Of a DNA stretch of 64,000 bases, positions 9,337-21,168 are shown in pieces (positions within the stretch are counted from its first letter, which is position 1; each line of letters opens with the position of its first letter). The stretch covers positions 1 through 64,000 of the forward strand of contig CAZIVV010000010.1 of assembly GCA_964542775.1 (NCBI GenBank). The letters run 5' to 3'. The stretch comes from an uncultured Desulfomonile sp. (GTDB taxonomy: Bacteria > Desulfobacterota > Desulfomonilia > Desulfomonilales > Desulfomonilaceae). Position numbers and translations under genes: made by a program. Below the pieces are notes generated by a model. The model was given only the letters and a program-made list of their open reading frames with translations, was not told the DNA's origin and searched no databases.

Positions 9337-10665
9337 TCAGTGTGGTCTCTCGTCTATAATCCTTTTGGCTTTGCCTATGCTGCGTTCAATGCTCTCAGGC
9401 TCCAGAATTTTAACCGGGACCCTGATTCCTACAACCTGTTGAATACGATCCGAAATCTTTTTGGCAATTTCCAGTCTCTTCTGTTCACCTTCTCGAAACA
9501 CTGGAGCTTTTAACTCGGTTTCGACCGAAATGCGATCGATGTATCCTTTTTTACCAAGTCTGATCTGATAAAGGGGCTCCACTTCATTAAATTCCATGAG
9601 GACAGTCTCGACCTGGGAGGGGAAAACATTCACTCCACTCACGATCAACATGTCATCATATCGTCCCAAAATCTTGTCCATGGTTACTAATGTTCTTCCA
9701 CACTCGCATTTGCGCCTTCTCAGTGTGCAGATGTCACGCGTTCTGAATCTGATCATTGGCATGGCCCTGCGTTGAAGGGCCGTGAGAACCAGCTCACCTT
9801 CCTGACCTTCAGGAAGAGGCTCCAGGGTCGCAGGGTCAACAACCTCGGGATAAACGTGATCTTCATTTATGTGCAGATTGTAGCTTTCACAAGTGAAGGA
9901 GACTCCGGAGCCCATAAGTTCAGTCAGTCCATAATGTTCATGAGCCTTGATGCCGGCCCGTCTTTCCAGGTCGTTGCGCATTTCAACGCTCCACGGCTCT
10001 GCTCCAAAATGACCGGTACAGAGTGAAGAACTTTTTATATCCATCCCCATCTTTTCAGCTTTTTCTATTATTGTCATGCAATATGAAGGGGTGCAGCACA
10101 GAGCTGTTGTTCCAAAATCATTGATCAACATGATCTGGCGTTCAGTCATTCCCGCACCTGATGGAATGACAGCGCAACCGATCCGAATGGCGCCCTGCAG
10201 AAATCCAAGTCCGCCAGTGAAAAGACCCATTCCAAAAGCGTTTTGCAGAATGCTGTCAGGTCTGAGTTCCTGAGCCCACAGCCCTCGAGCCATGCACTCT
10301 ATCCATTGTTCCATATCTTCCGCAGTGTAAGGGCCCGTAACAGGTTTGCCAGTAGTGCCTGAAGAAGCATGAATGCGGACCACATCAGACATGGGAACCG
10401 CACATAATCCAAAAGGATAATTGTCCCGAAGGTCAGTTTTTATCGTAAACGGAAATTTAGAAATATCCCTCAACTGAATAAGATCAGAAGGTTTTACACC
10501 TTTTTCATCGAAGTTTTTTTTATAAAAAGGGATTTTTTCATAAACCCATTTTACAGTTTCTTTCAGCTTTTCTAGCTGAAAGGCTTTCATTTCAATCTCG
10601 TTCATGGTCTCGAATTTTTCGTCCCAGAACTTCCTGGACATGCAGGTCCTCCTAATTAAGAACAA
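9337..10665 (-). CDS. Phenylacetate--CoA ligase family protein (PaaK-like / coenzyme F390 synthetase-like adenylate-forming enzyme)
   Basis: AMP-binding motif SSGTTGKP and the overall PaaK-family layout (about 440 aa). Convergent with the liv operon. Confidence 0.8.
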   Translation of the reverse strand: MFLIRRTCMSRKFWDEKFETMNEIEMKAFQLEKLKETVKWVYEKIPFYKKNFDEKGVKPSDLIQLRDISKFPFTIKTDLRDNYPFGLCAVPMSDVVRIHASSGTTGKPVTGPYTAEDMEQWIECMARGLWAQELRPDSILQNAFGMGLFTGGLGFLQGAIRIGCAVIPSGAGMTERQIMLINDFGTTALCCTPSYCMTIIEKAEKMGMDIKSSSLCTGHFGAEPWSVEMRNDLERRAGIKAHEHYGLTELMGSGVSFTCESYNLHINEDHVYPEVVDPATLEPLPEGQEGELVLTALQRRAMPMIRFRTRDICTLRRRKCECGRTLVTMDKILGRYDDMLIVSGVNVFPSQVETVLMEFNEVEPLYQIRLGKKGYIDRISVETELKAPVFREGEQKRLEIAKKISDRIQQVVGIRVPVKILEPESIERSIGKAKRIIDERPH

Positions 10666-11015
10666 TATATCGACCCGGTATGGAATTAATTCAGGTAACC
10701 CATTAAGGGCAATCGTCTAGTTTATCCGGCTTATTGCTTTATGTCAAAGGTAAAGAGCCTATGGCCCCAGGTGATCAAAGTCAGTCAAACATCATCATGC
10801 AACCGTTGTTGTCTGATGATCTATCCAGTCAGGAAGGCCCTTTGTAGAACCAAATGTATTTACGTATTAACATTAATGTGTTATCGCTTTTAGTGATTGA
10901 GTTGGCAAGATCATGTGTTCCGGTTCATGTCATCCGTAAGGGTAAAGATGTCCTTGGAACGTGATGCCGTAATTGTCCAGTCTACAATTTCAATAACTTT
11001 ATCGAGGAAACATTT

Positions 11016-12683
11016 ATGGAAAAAATATGGCTCAAGTCATATGCGCCCGGTGTTCCGGCGACTATAGAGTTCGCTCAGATTCCTCTACACCACGCTCTCA
11101 CTAAAACTTCAACCAGATCCCCCAACAATCCCGCGCTTGCCTTTCAGGGAAAAATCCTTAATTACAGGCAGTTGAATGACCTTGTTTCCAGGTTTGCATC
11201 TGCTCTCAAAGGCTTGGGAGTTGAACCCAAAGATCGGGTTGCTCTATTGCTGCCCAACCTTGTTCAGACCGTAGTCGGTATATACGGAGCTTTTCGAATT
11301 GGCGCGATCGCTGTGCCCTGCAATCCACTATACACGGACAGGGAGCTTGCTTTGCAGTTGAAGGATTCCGGCTGCGAGTGTGTCCTCTGTATGGACACTC
11401 TTGTTCCTCGGGTGATGAAGCTCAGGGAACAGACAAAGATAAAAAAGATAATCTCGTGCCATATCAATGAATATCTTCCCTTTCCCTTAAAGCAGCTTTT
11501 CCCTTTCATGAAGAAAGATTTGTATTTGAAGACGCCAAATCAGGAGGGTGTCTACGAATTTGGAAAACTGGTAAAAAATAGTGTGCCAATGGAAGGGGAC
11601 TTCCCTACAACCATGGATGACACTGCAGTTTTAATCTACACAGGTGGGACAACAGGATTCTCCAAGGGAGTGGAGCTCACTCACGCGAACCTTACAGCTA
11701 ACTGTCAGCAGGCAAAAGCATGGTGCCAGGGGGTGATGGAGGAAAACGAAACTGTCCTGGGCTGTCTCCCTTTTTTCCATTCATACGGTCTGACAGCTGC
11801 CATGAACATGTCTATTTATTATGGCTGGCTCAATGTGCTGATTCCGAAGCCAGAGGCGCTTGCAATCCTGAAAGCTGTGGAAAAATACAAGGTCACGTTC
11901 ATTCCCGGTGTCCCGACCCTGTTCAATGCGATGATCAATCACCCTCAAGTCAAGAAATTCAGTCTGAAGTCTGTCAAGGCATGTCTATCGGCAGCTGCCC
12001 CATTGCCACTAGAGATTATTAGAGGGTTTCAGTCTGTAACCGGCATTCTCATTTCTGAAGCCTACGGACTCACTGAAACCTCGCCATGCACCCACGCTAT
12101 TCCGTTTGGTGGAAAGGTGAAACCTGGCTGTATAGGGCTGCCGATCCCAGGTGTCGATGCCAAGCTCGTGGACATTGACAATCCTGATCGCGAGATAACA
12201 GAATTCGGTGAACCCGGAGAACTCTGCGTGAAGGGTCCACAAGTCATGAAGGGTTACCACAACAGGCCTGCTGAAAACGCAGCCGCATTCAGGGAAGGGT
12301 GGTTCCTCACCGGTGACATTGCTACAGTTGATGAAGAAGGCTATTTCACCATAGTGGACCGAAAAAAGGACATGATCATCTCCGGTGGGTTCAACATTTA
12401 CCCCAGGGAAGTGGATGAGGTTCTCTTTGCACATCCTAAAATTCTTGAGGCTTGCGCAATTGGAATTCCTGACAATCACTTCGGTGAGAGGGTAAAGGCA
12501 TACGTCGTTTTGAAGCCGGGGGAGACTCTCACTGAGAAAGAAGTCATTGATTATTGCAGGGAGCGGTTGGCTAATTACAAGGCGCCGAAGAGTGTCGAGT
12601 TTATCGATAAACTTCCGAAAAGTGAGATTGGAAAGATACTTCGCAAAGGTCTTGTCGAAATCGAGAGAAAAAAGGCCACCTAA
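11016..12683 (+). CDS. Long-chain fatty acid--CoA ligase (AMP-dependent synthetase/ligase family)
   Basis: Motifs YTGGTTGFSKGV (AMP-binding), GYGLTE and the C-terminal KAPKSVEFIDKLPKSEIGKILRK typical of FadD-like acyl-CoA synthetases. Confidence 0.85.
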   Translation: MEKIWLKSYAPGVPATIEFAQIPLHHALTKTSTRSPNNPALAFQGKILNYRQLNDLVSRFASALKGLGVEPKDRVALLLPNLVQTVVGIYGAFRIGAIAVPCNPLYTDRELALQLKDSGCECVLCMDTLVPRVMKLREQTKIKKIISCHINEYLPFPLKQLFPFMKKDLYLKTPNQEGVYEFGKLVKNSVPMEGDFPTTMDDTAVLIYTGGTTGFSKGVELTHANLTANCQQAKAWCQGVMEENETVLGCLPFFHSYGLTAAMNMSIYYGWLNVLIPKPEALAILKAVEKYKVTFIPGVPTLFNAMINHPQVKKFSLKSVKACLSAAAPLPLEIIRGFQSVTGILISEAYGLTETSPCTHAIPFGGKVKPGCIGLPIPGVDAKLVDIDNPDREITEFGEPGELCVKGPQVMKGYHNRPAENAAAFREGWFLTGDIATVDEEGYFTIVDRKKDMIISGGFNIYPREVDEVLFAHPKILEACAIGIPDNHFGERVKAYVVLKPGETLTEKEVIDYCRERLANYKAPKSVEFIDKLPKSEIGKILRKGLVEIERKKAT

Positions 12684-13374
12684 ACGTTACCCCCGCTTAC
12701 CATTCTAAAAGACCTCCGAGGAATATACCCGGTTTGAGGGGATGTTTTTGAATCCGGGATATTCCAGGGGTCTCTTCCCCCTTGCCCCAAGAGCGTACGC
12801 CTCATTACCTTCAGCAATCAGTTCATTTGACACAGCCTTAAACGGCCATTCAGGCCCTCGATACTTTCATGAATTCCTGTTTTAAAGTCATACACAAAAA
12901 TTAATATTAGGTTTAGCTTGGCTAATAAACATCTGATGGCCGCGTCCGTTTAAATCAAAACATGCCTACCTACAAGTCTTTTTTTTCGCTTGAGCTAATT
13001 AAAAGTGAGTAGTATAGTTAGTAACGCTAAAGAAACAAGAGACGCTTTAGTATAGCTCATTCGTGGCGCCGGATAGTAAGTCCCCGTATGACTTGGTATT
13101 CCCCTGTGTTTTTAAAGATTCTGACGCGGTCAGATGGTCTGCAATCTGAAATCGTAGTGTTTATCAAATCTAAAAGTTTGACAAACGATCAGGGCTTTTC
13201 ATTTATTCAAACCAGCGTTGGCTTTGAGCTTTGACCGTAATTGTCAAATAGCGTGTCTTCTAATTAGTAGAACTCTTTTAAATCTAAAAAGATGAGTCTA
13301 GCTAAGTATATTGTTGAAGCGCGCTGCGCATTTGTTGATCACAGACTTCTTCTAGCTCGATAAGGAGGCCATGA

Positions 13375-13644
13375 ATGGTTTTTTTGCTTGTAAGCGAAAA
13401 GTGGACGCCTATGGGACAGTCTCAATACCGTCTGGAGAAGTGGGAACCGGAGGAAAGCCTGTCATACGGTGTGGATGATGGTTTCAATTCTAATGGCGAC
13501 TGGCGGTGGAGAGTTCCCCCCTACTACAGATTGTTTAAGGTCGATGGGACTGAACTGATTGACACAACAGATTGGAATCACATTGTGGGATTTCTGCAGG
13601 CGGTGTTGGGAGATGAGGTAATTCCGAGTGATTTTGAAATGTAA
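13375..13644 (+). CDS. Hypothetical small protein (89 aa)
   Basis: An AAGGAGG Shine-Dalgarno lies about 10 nt upstream of the ATG. I recognise no family. It sits in a long AT-rich intergenic region upstream of gdhA. Confidence 0.3.
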   Translation: MVFLLVSEKWTPMGQSQYRLEKWEPEESLSYGVDDGFNSNGDWRWRVPPYYRLFKVDGTELIDTTDWNHIVGFLQAVLGDEVIPSDFEM

Positions 13645-13698
13645 TCACTTTTTCATGGGTTGTTAAACCGTCGTGATCCTAAAGCGTGGCCAGGTTAA

Positions 13699-15084
<1,386 letters not shown>

Positions 15085-15243
15085 TTCGGGGGAATTCATT
15101 ACATCGGGAAACTGTTCAGGGGTAAAATCGAATACGATTTTGCTCCAGGTTTTCCGGTTTAGACACAAATACACAGGAGCTTCAATGATAAGAGTCGCTA
15201 ATCGAAAGTTCTGAAGAATTGCAAAACGAATAAAAGCCCGAAC

Positions 15244-16209
15244 TCATTTCAGGTTGTTTATCAATCCCTCTATTTTCACTATCGGCGCCGTAGCTTGATC
15301 AAATCCGACTGCGCCTACCACAAATTGACCATGTTGCACTACCAGGACATTTCCCTGATAGGGGTCTATCCCATTCAATTTGTCAGGTCCGTTTCTGACT
15401 GAAATCACATTGTCTGGACTGCCGTTTTTTATGAGGTATTCCCTGAAAAGCTCCATGGCCCTGGAGGCGGCCTGTTGGTCATCATAAATGGAAAGGAAAA
15501 GATTAAAGCCTGATTTGGCTGACTCGGAGGCTCCGTCCCTTATTGGTCCGATGTCCGATTCATAATTTGCCTTGAAGCCCCTTTGGAGGAACTCGTATCC
15601 AAGAAGACCATCCGGAAAGTATTCGATGGAGCCCGGTATGATGCCTTCTCTTGGGAAATATCCAATTTCTAAAGGTAGAGGAGAGTTGTCATTAATCCGG
15701 GTTGCTATCTCTTTGCCCAGAGTCTTGAGTATTGAATCATTCGACCCGAAAACTTTAAGGATTACGAAATATTTGCCCTTGCAAAAAAGGGCATACCGGT
15801 CGAGGAAACAGGACTCAGTTCCTATTCCAGCCGGGCTATCCTTCTGCCTGAACCTTGAGAATACCCCAAAAGCCTGCAGCGAATTCCCCATGTCATAGAT
15901 GTCAACATCTATCCTGTCGTCCGGCGAATTCTCACGCCTGTAAACTGCAAAAACTGACCGATTGAATCCATACTGAACAAATAGATCGGCCTCTCCATTA
16001 ATGTGTTCAAAAAGTGTTTCCCCAGTAAAAGTTTCTGGGGGATCCCTCATGAGCCAGCCCGAATGAACGCTTTCGGGAAGCAGTGACTCAAGCGGGTTCA
16101 TACCCGAGAAAGCTTCACAAACGACACACAGTGTTACCAGAACGGACACAAGAATGGAGAACACTCTCTTCATAAGAATTCTCCTGTCAGCGTTAAACGA
16201 TTGATTCAT
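15244..16209 (-). CDS. Hypothetical exported protein (signal peptide, about 320 aa)
   Basis: N-terminal signal peptide MKRVFSILVSVLVTLCVVCEA. Its 5' end sits 4 nt inside the stop of the upstream aldo/keto reductase gene (ATGA overlap), so the two are translationally coupled. No recognised domain. Confidence 0.5.
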   Translation of the reverse strand: MNQSFNADRRILMKRVFSILVSVLVTLCVVCEAFSGMNPLESLLPESVHSGWLMRDPPETFTGETLFEHINGEADLFVQYGFNRSVFAVYRRENSPDDRIDVDIYDMGNSLQAFGVFSRFRQKDSPAGIGTESCFLDRYALFCKGKYFVILKVFGSNDSILKTLGKEIATRINDNSPLPLEIGYFPREGIIPGSIEYFPDGLLGYEFLQRGFKANYESDIGPIRDGASESAKSGFNLFLSIYDDQQAASRAMELFREYLIKNGSPDNVISVRNGPDKLNGIDPYQGNVLVVQHGQFVVGAVGFDQATAPIVKIEGLINNLK

Positions 16210-17351
16210 GAATAGATCGAATGGGCCTTCTTTAACTGAGCCTGAATATCCAGGCCTCTAATGCAGGTCACAGAACATGAACTGCATTCGGAACAAACAC
16301 GAAGTTTCGCAAGATTGTCACCGTTGGTAAGCGCCTCCGATGCCAGCCTTTCATCTTTGTAACCGTAATGATACATTAGAGCCCGCAACAAATCGCAGTG
16401 GGCTATCCCTTTGGGACACTCACCCTGACAGCCACCACACATCGTGCAGAACCTTCCCTGAATATGGGAATGATACTTCTTCAGATCGGCCATGTCTTCC
16501 CGGGTCATAAGAGTCCCCATGACCGCGGCGCACTGTTCAATCTGCCCGATAGTCTTTACCCCTGGGATGGCAACCGCAACGTGTTCATCCTTCAGCACAT
16601 ATCTTAGAGCGGCCTGGTGTGGGTTGAGTCCTTCCGTCTCCTTTCCCTTGTATCCACCGGCCTGTGTTTTCATAGCGACGATCCCAATGCCGGATTCCGC
16701 CGCTGACGCAATAGCCCCCTTGAGTTCATTTGAGTGGGTGAAATTGTAAGAAGTCAGGACTACGTCGTGTAGATTGGATTTTGCAGCCTCCCTCAGGAGC
16801 CTTGCCATGTCCGTATGCGTCGAGAACCCAGTGAATCTGGCTTTTCCCTCTTTTTTCATGTTCTGGAGAAACCGAAGCAGGACTGGATCGGAGAGTTCAA
16901 CGGTTTTTTTCAAAGAATGAGCAAGCAGAACATCTACATAGTCAGTTTTGAGTCTCTTCAGACTTGTTTCAATGGACCTCCTGTTTTCTTTCTCGGAGGC
17001 GCTGAACTGAAATTTTGTCTGAATCAGAACCTTGTCCCTTTTTCCACTAAAAGCAGACCCCACCATCTCTTCATTTCTGCCTCCCATATAGGAGTGGGCG
17101 GTATCGTAGAAGTTTATTCCGAGATCCAGAGCCCGCATGAGCACAGACGGGTCAGAACAATTCATGACCCCCATGCTTACCGTAGTAACTTTCAGACCGG
17201 TTCTACCAAGTGTCCGATATTGCAAAGTATCGGCTTTCCGGGAATCGGCAAAAGAATGGCCAAGGTTCCAAAAGGAAGTAGATGCAAATCCCACAGCGGC
17301 CGTAGAAGCGCCCTTCAAAAAATTTCGCCGACCCATCTTTTTTATAGTCAT
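16206..17351 (-). CDS. Tat-exported aldo/keto reductase with C-terminal Cys-rich 4Fe-4S-like domain
   Basis: The start is set at MTIKKMGRRNFLKGAS, a twin-arginine motif, with a GGAAGGAG Shine-Dalgarno 5 nt upstream. The AKR core (GINFYDTAHSY...) is followed by C-terminal cysteine clusters CTMCGGCQGECP and CSECSSCSVTC. Confidence 0.7.
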   Translation of the reverse strand: MTIKKMGRRNFLKGASTAAVGFASTSFWNLGHSFADSRKADTLQYRTLGRTGLKVTTVSMGVMNCSDPSVLMRALDLGINFYDTAHSYMGGRNEEMVGSAFSGKRDKVLIQTKFQFSASEKENRRSIETSLKRLKTDYVDVLLAHSLKKTVELSDPVLLRFLQNMKKEGKARFTGFSTHTDMARLLREAAKSNLHDVVLTSYNFTHSNELKGAIASAAESGIGIVAMKTQAGGYKGKETEGLNPHQAALRYVLKDEHVAVAIPGVKTIGQIEQCAAVMGTLMTREDMADLKKYHSHIQGRFCTMCGGCQGECPKGIAHCDLLRALMYHYGYKDERLASEALTNGDNLAKLRVCSECSSCSVTCIRGLDIQAQLKKAHSIYS

Positions 17352-17821
17352 GACTGCTCCTTCCGGGAGTGAATCAATCTTGTCAAACTCAAAGGATCGC
17401 TTCAAAATCAAGCATCTACAAAACAGTCCGTTTGCTCCAGGGAGCCATTCAGTTAGATCCATACCACAAAAACAATCCATAGCGTCAGCCCGACATTTTG
17501 AAGCATGACCATATTACTGCCTGATTTGTTACAAATTAAGTCAGGTCACTGTTAGCTTTACAATTTATTCGGGTCAATCGCAACGGGAATCCTTGATACC
17601 AGCATGAAAGGGCTAAAATTGTCTGCTGGCCCCAATGAAAAAGGGGAGAATTTGAATCGGCGGACGTCCAATAGCGCCGGGGAGTTAACGAAAAGGGAAA
17701 TGAGAATCGAGAAGGATCTTACTATTTGGATGTGAAGAATATTTGAGGATCTGCCCGCTCACGTTTGGCTAAAGTTTAAACAAGGTTTCACGTAAACAGG
17801 CAGATCTCTGGACAAACGGTA

Positions 17822-20734
17822 TTATCCTTTCATGCGAAGATACCACTTGGTGAGCTCTTCGATTATGGCAGGCATGATAGACAGACCTAAGACCACTTCC
17901 CATTCCTTCAGACTAAGGGGATGAGTGTTAAAGATCGGGTTGAAGAAGGGCACTAGTACCGTCATGACCAGCAGTACTGTCGATAGAGCGACGGCCCAAA
18001 CCAGATACTGGTTCGAAAATGGGCCAATCTGGAATATAGACAGTCTCTCCGAACGGACTGTGAAGGCACGAAACAGCTCGCAAAGGGAAAGGGTTACAAA
18101 TGCCATTGTTTCAGCAGTTTGTATATCGATTCCTGACCAGTCATGTCTGAAAACGAAGAGCCACGGGTTGATCCCTTCCGGCAGGACGTCGATGGCCTGA
18201 GCCGTCCAGATGAGGCCTATAAAGAAAGCGCCCAAGGTGGCGGCGGTTTGGGCAAAAGCCTGGACTAATATTCCCAGTCTCATGGGTCCGTGAATAATAG
18301 GCTCGGTTTTTGGCCTTGGGGGACGCATCATGACATCTGGGTCTCCCTTTTCCTTTGCCAATGCCAACGCCGGGGCTCCATCTGTCACCATGTTGAGCCA
18401 CAATAGCTGAATCGCAGTCAACGGGCTTGGAAGCGCAAAAAGTGTCGGGATGAATATAATAAGAATTTCAGCTACATTGGACGACAGCAGGAAGAACACG
18501 AACTTCCGGATATTGGCATAGATGATTCGACCTTGCTCAACGGCTGCAACTATGCTGACGTAGTTATCATCGGTGAGAACCATATCAGCGGTTTCCTTGG
18601 CCACATCCGTTCCGGTAATACCCATGGCTATACCAATGTCGGATCGCTTGAGGGCAGGAGCGTCGTTTACTCCGTCACCGGTCATTGCGACGACTTCACC
18701 CTTTTGCTTGAGTCCATCAACAATTCGCATTTTGTGTTCAGGGTTGACTCTGGCAAAGACATCTGTCTTTTCAAGCGCGTTTATGAGTCCTGGCGTGTCC
18801 AGTTTGTCAAGTTCAGCTCCTGACATTACAGTATGACCAGGCTGTATGAGTCCTATAGACTGACCGATAGCTGCCGCCGTGTCGGGGTAATCACCTGTGA
18901 TCATAATGGTTCGGATTCCCGCCTGAACAGCCTTGCCAACGGCAGGCGCTACTTCGGGCCGCGCCGGATCGATGATGCCGAAAAGCCCCAGAAATACGAG
19001 GCTATGCTCTATGGTTTCAGCAGTGGCTTCCTGAGGCGCGCTACTGTCTACACGGTAAGACACAGCAAGGACCCGCAACGCCTCTCTGGCCATGGACTCA
19101 TTGGCGGCCATTATACGTGACCGCATTTCATCCGTGAGAGGCGCAGGCTCTCCGTCCATCTTTTGATACTGGGTACATAGTTTCATTATTACATCTGGAG
19201 CGCCCTTACAGGTGGCGACGTACATGTTTTCGGCTTCTGCAGGAATATTGCCTAAGAATCCGTCTCCGGCCTCCATGTCTACTACATTCTGAACCGTGGA
19301 CATGCATTTACGTTCTGAGTCGAACGGGACCTCACAAACTCTGGGGTAGGCTTTTTCCAGGCTTGTCCTGTGGGCTCCAGCTTTTGCGGCTGCAACTACC
19401 AGCGCGCCCTCCGTGGGGTCACCAATCACGCGGTATTCGGACTCTTCTGAAACTTCCAGATATGCGTCAGAGCACAGAACCACCGAACGCAGCGCAGCCA
19501 GGGCCCCTGGATGGTTCTTCATGTCAACTGCTACGCCATTCAGAGTGAATTCCCCCTTCGGAGCGTAGCCTTCTCCAGTTACTCCAAAAGTGCAGTCATC
19601 GACCCACAACTTGACCGCTGTCATCTGGTTCTGTGTCAGTGTTCCTGTCTTATCAGAGCATATAACACTAGCTGACCCCAGTGTCTCAACAGCAGCGAGC
19701 CTTCGGATCAAAGCGTGACGCTTGATCATTTCCCGCATACCCAAAGCCAGCGTGATTGTCACTACGGCCGGTAGTCCCTCTGGAACAGCTGCAATTGCAA
19801 GGCTGACGGCAATCATGAAGAACTCGGTCAACTCACCAGAGAAATGCTGCAGGTAAACCAGTAATCCACCATCTGGCGCAGTGATCATGCTCAACTTTGT
19901 CTGATTGAAAAGGGCCACGAGAAACACAAGGGCACAGATAGCCAGGGCGCCGTATCCAAGTTGCCTGCCCAGTTGGTCCAAACGCTCCTGCAGGGGTGTT
20001 GGCTCAGCTTCCAAAGTCTGGAGCATTTCCGCTATCAGACCCATCTGGGTATGCATCCCCGTAGCAACTACGATTCCGCTCCCACGCCCATAAGTGATCA
20101 GCGTCCCCATGAATGCCGTGTTGTGACGGTCACCCAACGGAATGTCTTCACCCAAAAACACATGGGCTATCTTTTCTACTGGCACCGATTCGCCAGTTAA
20201 CGCTGCCTCCTCTATGCGCAAATTGACAGATTCAACCAGTCTGAGGTCTGCGGGAACGTAATTTCCGGCCTCTAGTATTACAAGGTCTCCAGGAACCAGC
20301 TCAGAACTCGGAATTACTAATCTTACACCGCCGCGAACTACCGTGGCATTCGGAGCAGCCATTTTTTTGAGAGCCGCCAAGGCTTCTTCGGCCTTGGATT
20401 CCTGTATAACGCCTATGATCGCATTGAGCAGAACAATGGCCATGATAACCACGGCCTCTATGTAATCGCCTAACAGAGCCGAAATGACGCTGGCTACTAT
20501 CAGCATTATCACCAGAAAACTCTGGAACTGCTCCAGCAAAAGTTTCCAGAAAGGAGGTCTTGGCGCCTCCCGAAGTTCATTGGGTCCGATTTCCTGAAGC
20601 CTTCGTTTAGCGATGTCGGGACTAAGACCCGACACCAGATGTGCTGATAGCCTGTCAGCCACTGCTTGAGCTGATTGACTATGCCATGCTACTTTTTCCA
20701 GAAGTGGGTGGTTTTTGGTTTGTTGTTCAGGCAT
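17822..20734 (-). CDS. Cation-translocating P-type ATPase (PII-type, Ca2+/Mg2+-like)
   Basis: Phosphorylation motif CSDKTGTLT, hinge MTGDGVNDAPALK, TGES motif and about 10 TM helices, for a 970-aa protein. Confidence 0.9.
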   Translation of the reverse strand: MPEQQTKNHPLLEKVAWHSQSAQAVADRLSAHLVSGLSPDIAKRRLQEIGPNELREAPRPPFWKLLLEQFQSFLVIMLIVASVISALLGDYIEAVVIMAIVLLNAIIGVIQESKAEEALAALKKMAAPNATVVRGGVRLVIPSSELVPGDLVILEAGNYVPADLRLVESVNLRIEEAALTGESVPVEKIAHVFLGEDIPLGDRHNTAFMGTLITYGRGSGIVVATGMHTQMGLIAEMLQTLEAEPTPLQERLDQLGRQLGYGALAICALVFLVALFNQTKLSMITAPDGGLLVYLQHFSGELTEFFMIAVSLAIAAVPEGLPAVVTITLALGMREMIKRHALIRRLAAVETLGSASVICSDKTGTLTQNQMTAVKLWVDDCTFGVTGEGYAPKGEFTLNGVAVDMKNHPGALAALRSVVLCSDAYLEVSEESEYRVIGDPTEGALVVAAAKAGAHRTSLEKAYPRVCEVPFDSERKCMSTVQNVVDMEAGDGFLGNIPAEAENMYVATCKGAPDVIMKLCTQYQKMDGEPAPLTDEMRSRIMAANESMAREALRVLAVSYRVDSSAPQEATAETIEHSLVFLGLFGIIDPARPEVAPAVGKAVQAGIRTIMITGDYPDTAAAIGQSIGLIQPGHTVMSGAELDKLDTPGLINALEKTDVFARVNPEHKMRIVDGLKQKGEVVAMTGDGVNDAPALKRSDIGIAMGITGTDVAKETADMVLTDDNYVSIVAAVEQGRIIYANIRKFVFFLLSSNVAEILIIFIPTLFALPSPLTAIQLLWLNMVTDGAPALALAKEKGDPDVMMRPPRPKTEPIIHGPMRLGILVQAFAQTAATLGAFFIGLIWTAQAIDVLPEGINPWLFVFRHDWSGIDIQTAETMAFVTLSLCELFRAFTVRSERLSIFQIGPFSNQYLVWAVALSTVLLVMTVLVPFFNPIFNTHPLSLKEWEVVLGLSIMPAIIEELTKWYLRMKG

Positions 20735-21168
20735 GTGAAAGTCCTCTTGATGACGCCTCGCTGTGATTTTGATGTCCTACAACCTAACACTACTCGGTAG
20801 TGACACCTCTTGTCCCTTGATCTCTAAAAAAAATACTAAAGTTCACTCGGCTGAAATAATGATAATATTTTCATCCCAATTATCACTTATCTAAACATCA
20901 TACTACAATACCAAAAGCTACCAAAACAATAATTATTTACACAAAACATTTTTCATATCGCGGAACAGAAGCACTTCATGCGCGCCATAAAACAATCCAA
21001 AGCCTGACCATTAATTTCAAAATTACTAACTTGCCAGTTATCTTGGGTGGGCATGTGAAAATAATCCAGGACTTTTTCCGGGGTGAGGGGTGATCTGATT
21101 TGTAGACCTGTTACCCCTCATCCCATGAAAAAGTTTTCAATAAAATGCGGTAGAGTCATGAGTCCAGA

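Noticed and set aside
17925-20200. Several 60-95-aa ORFs on the plus strand inside the P-type ATPase gene
   Set aside because: They are fully embedded antisense to a strongly supported 970-aa gene. They have no Shine-Dalgarno and show biased low-complexity composition.
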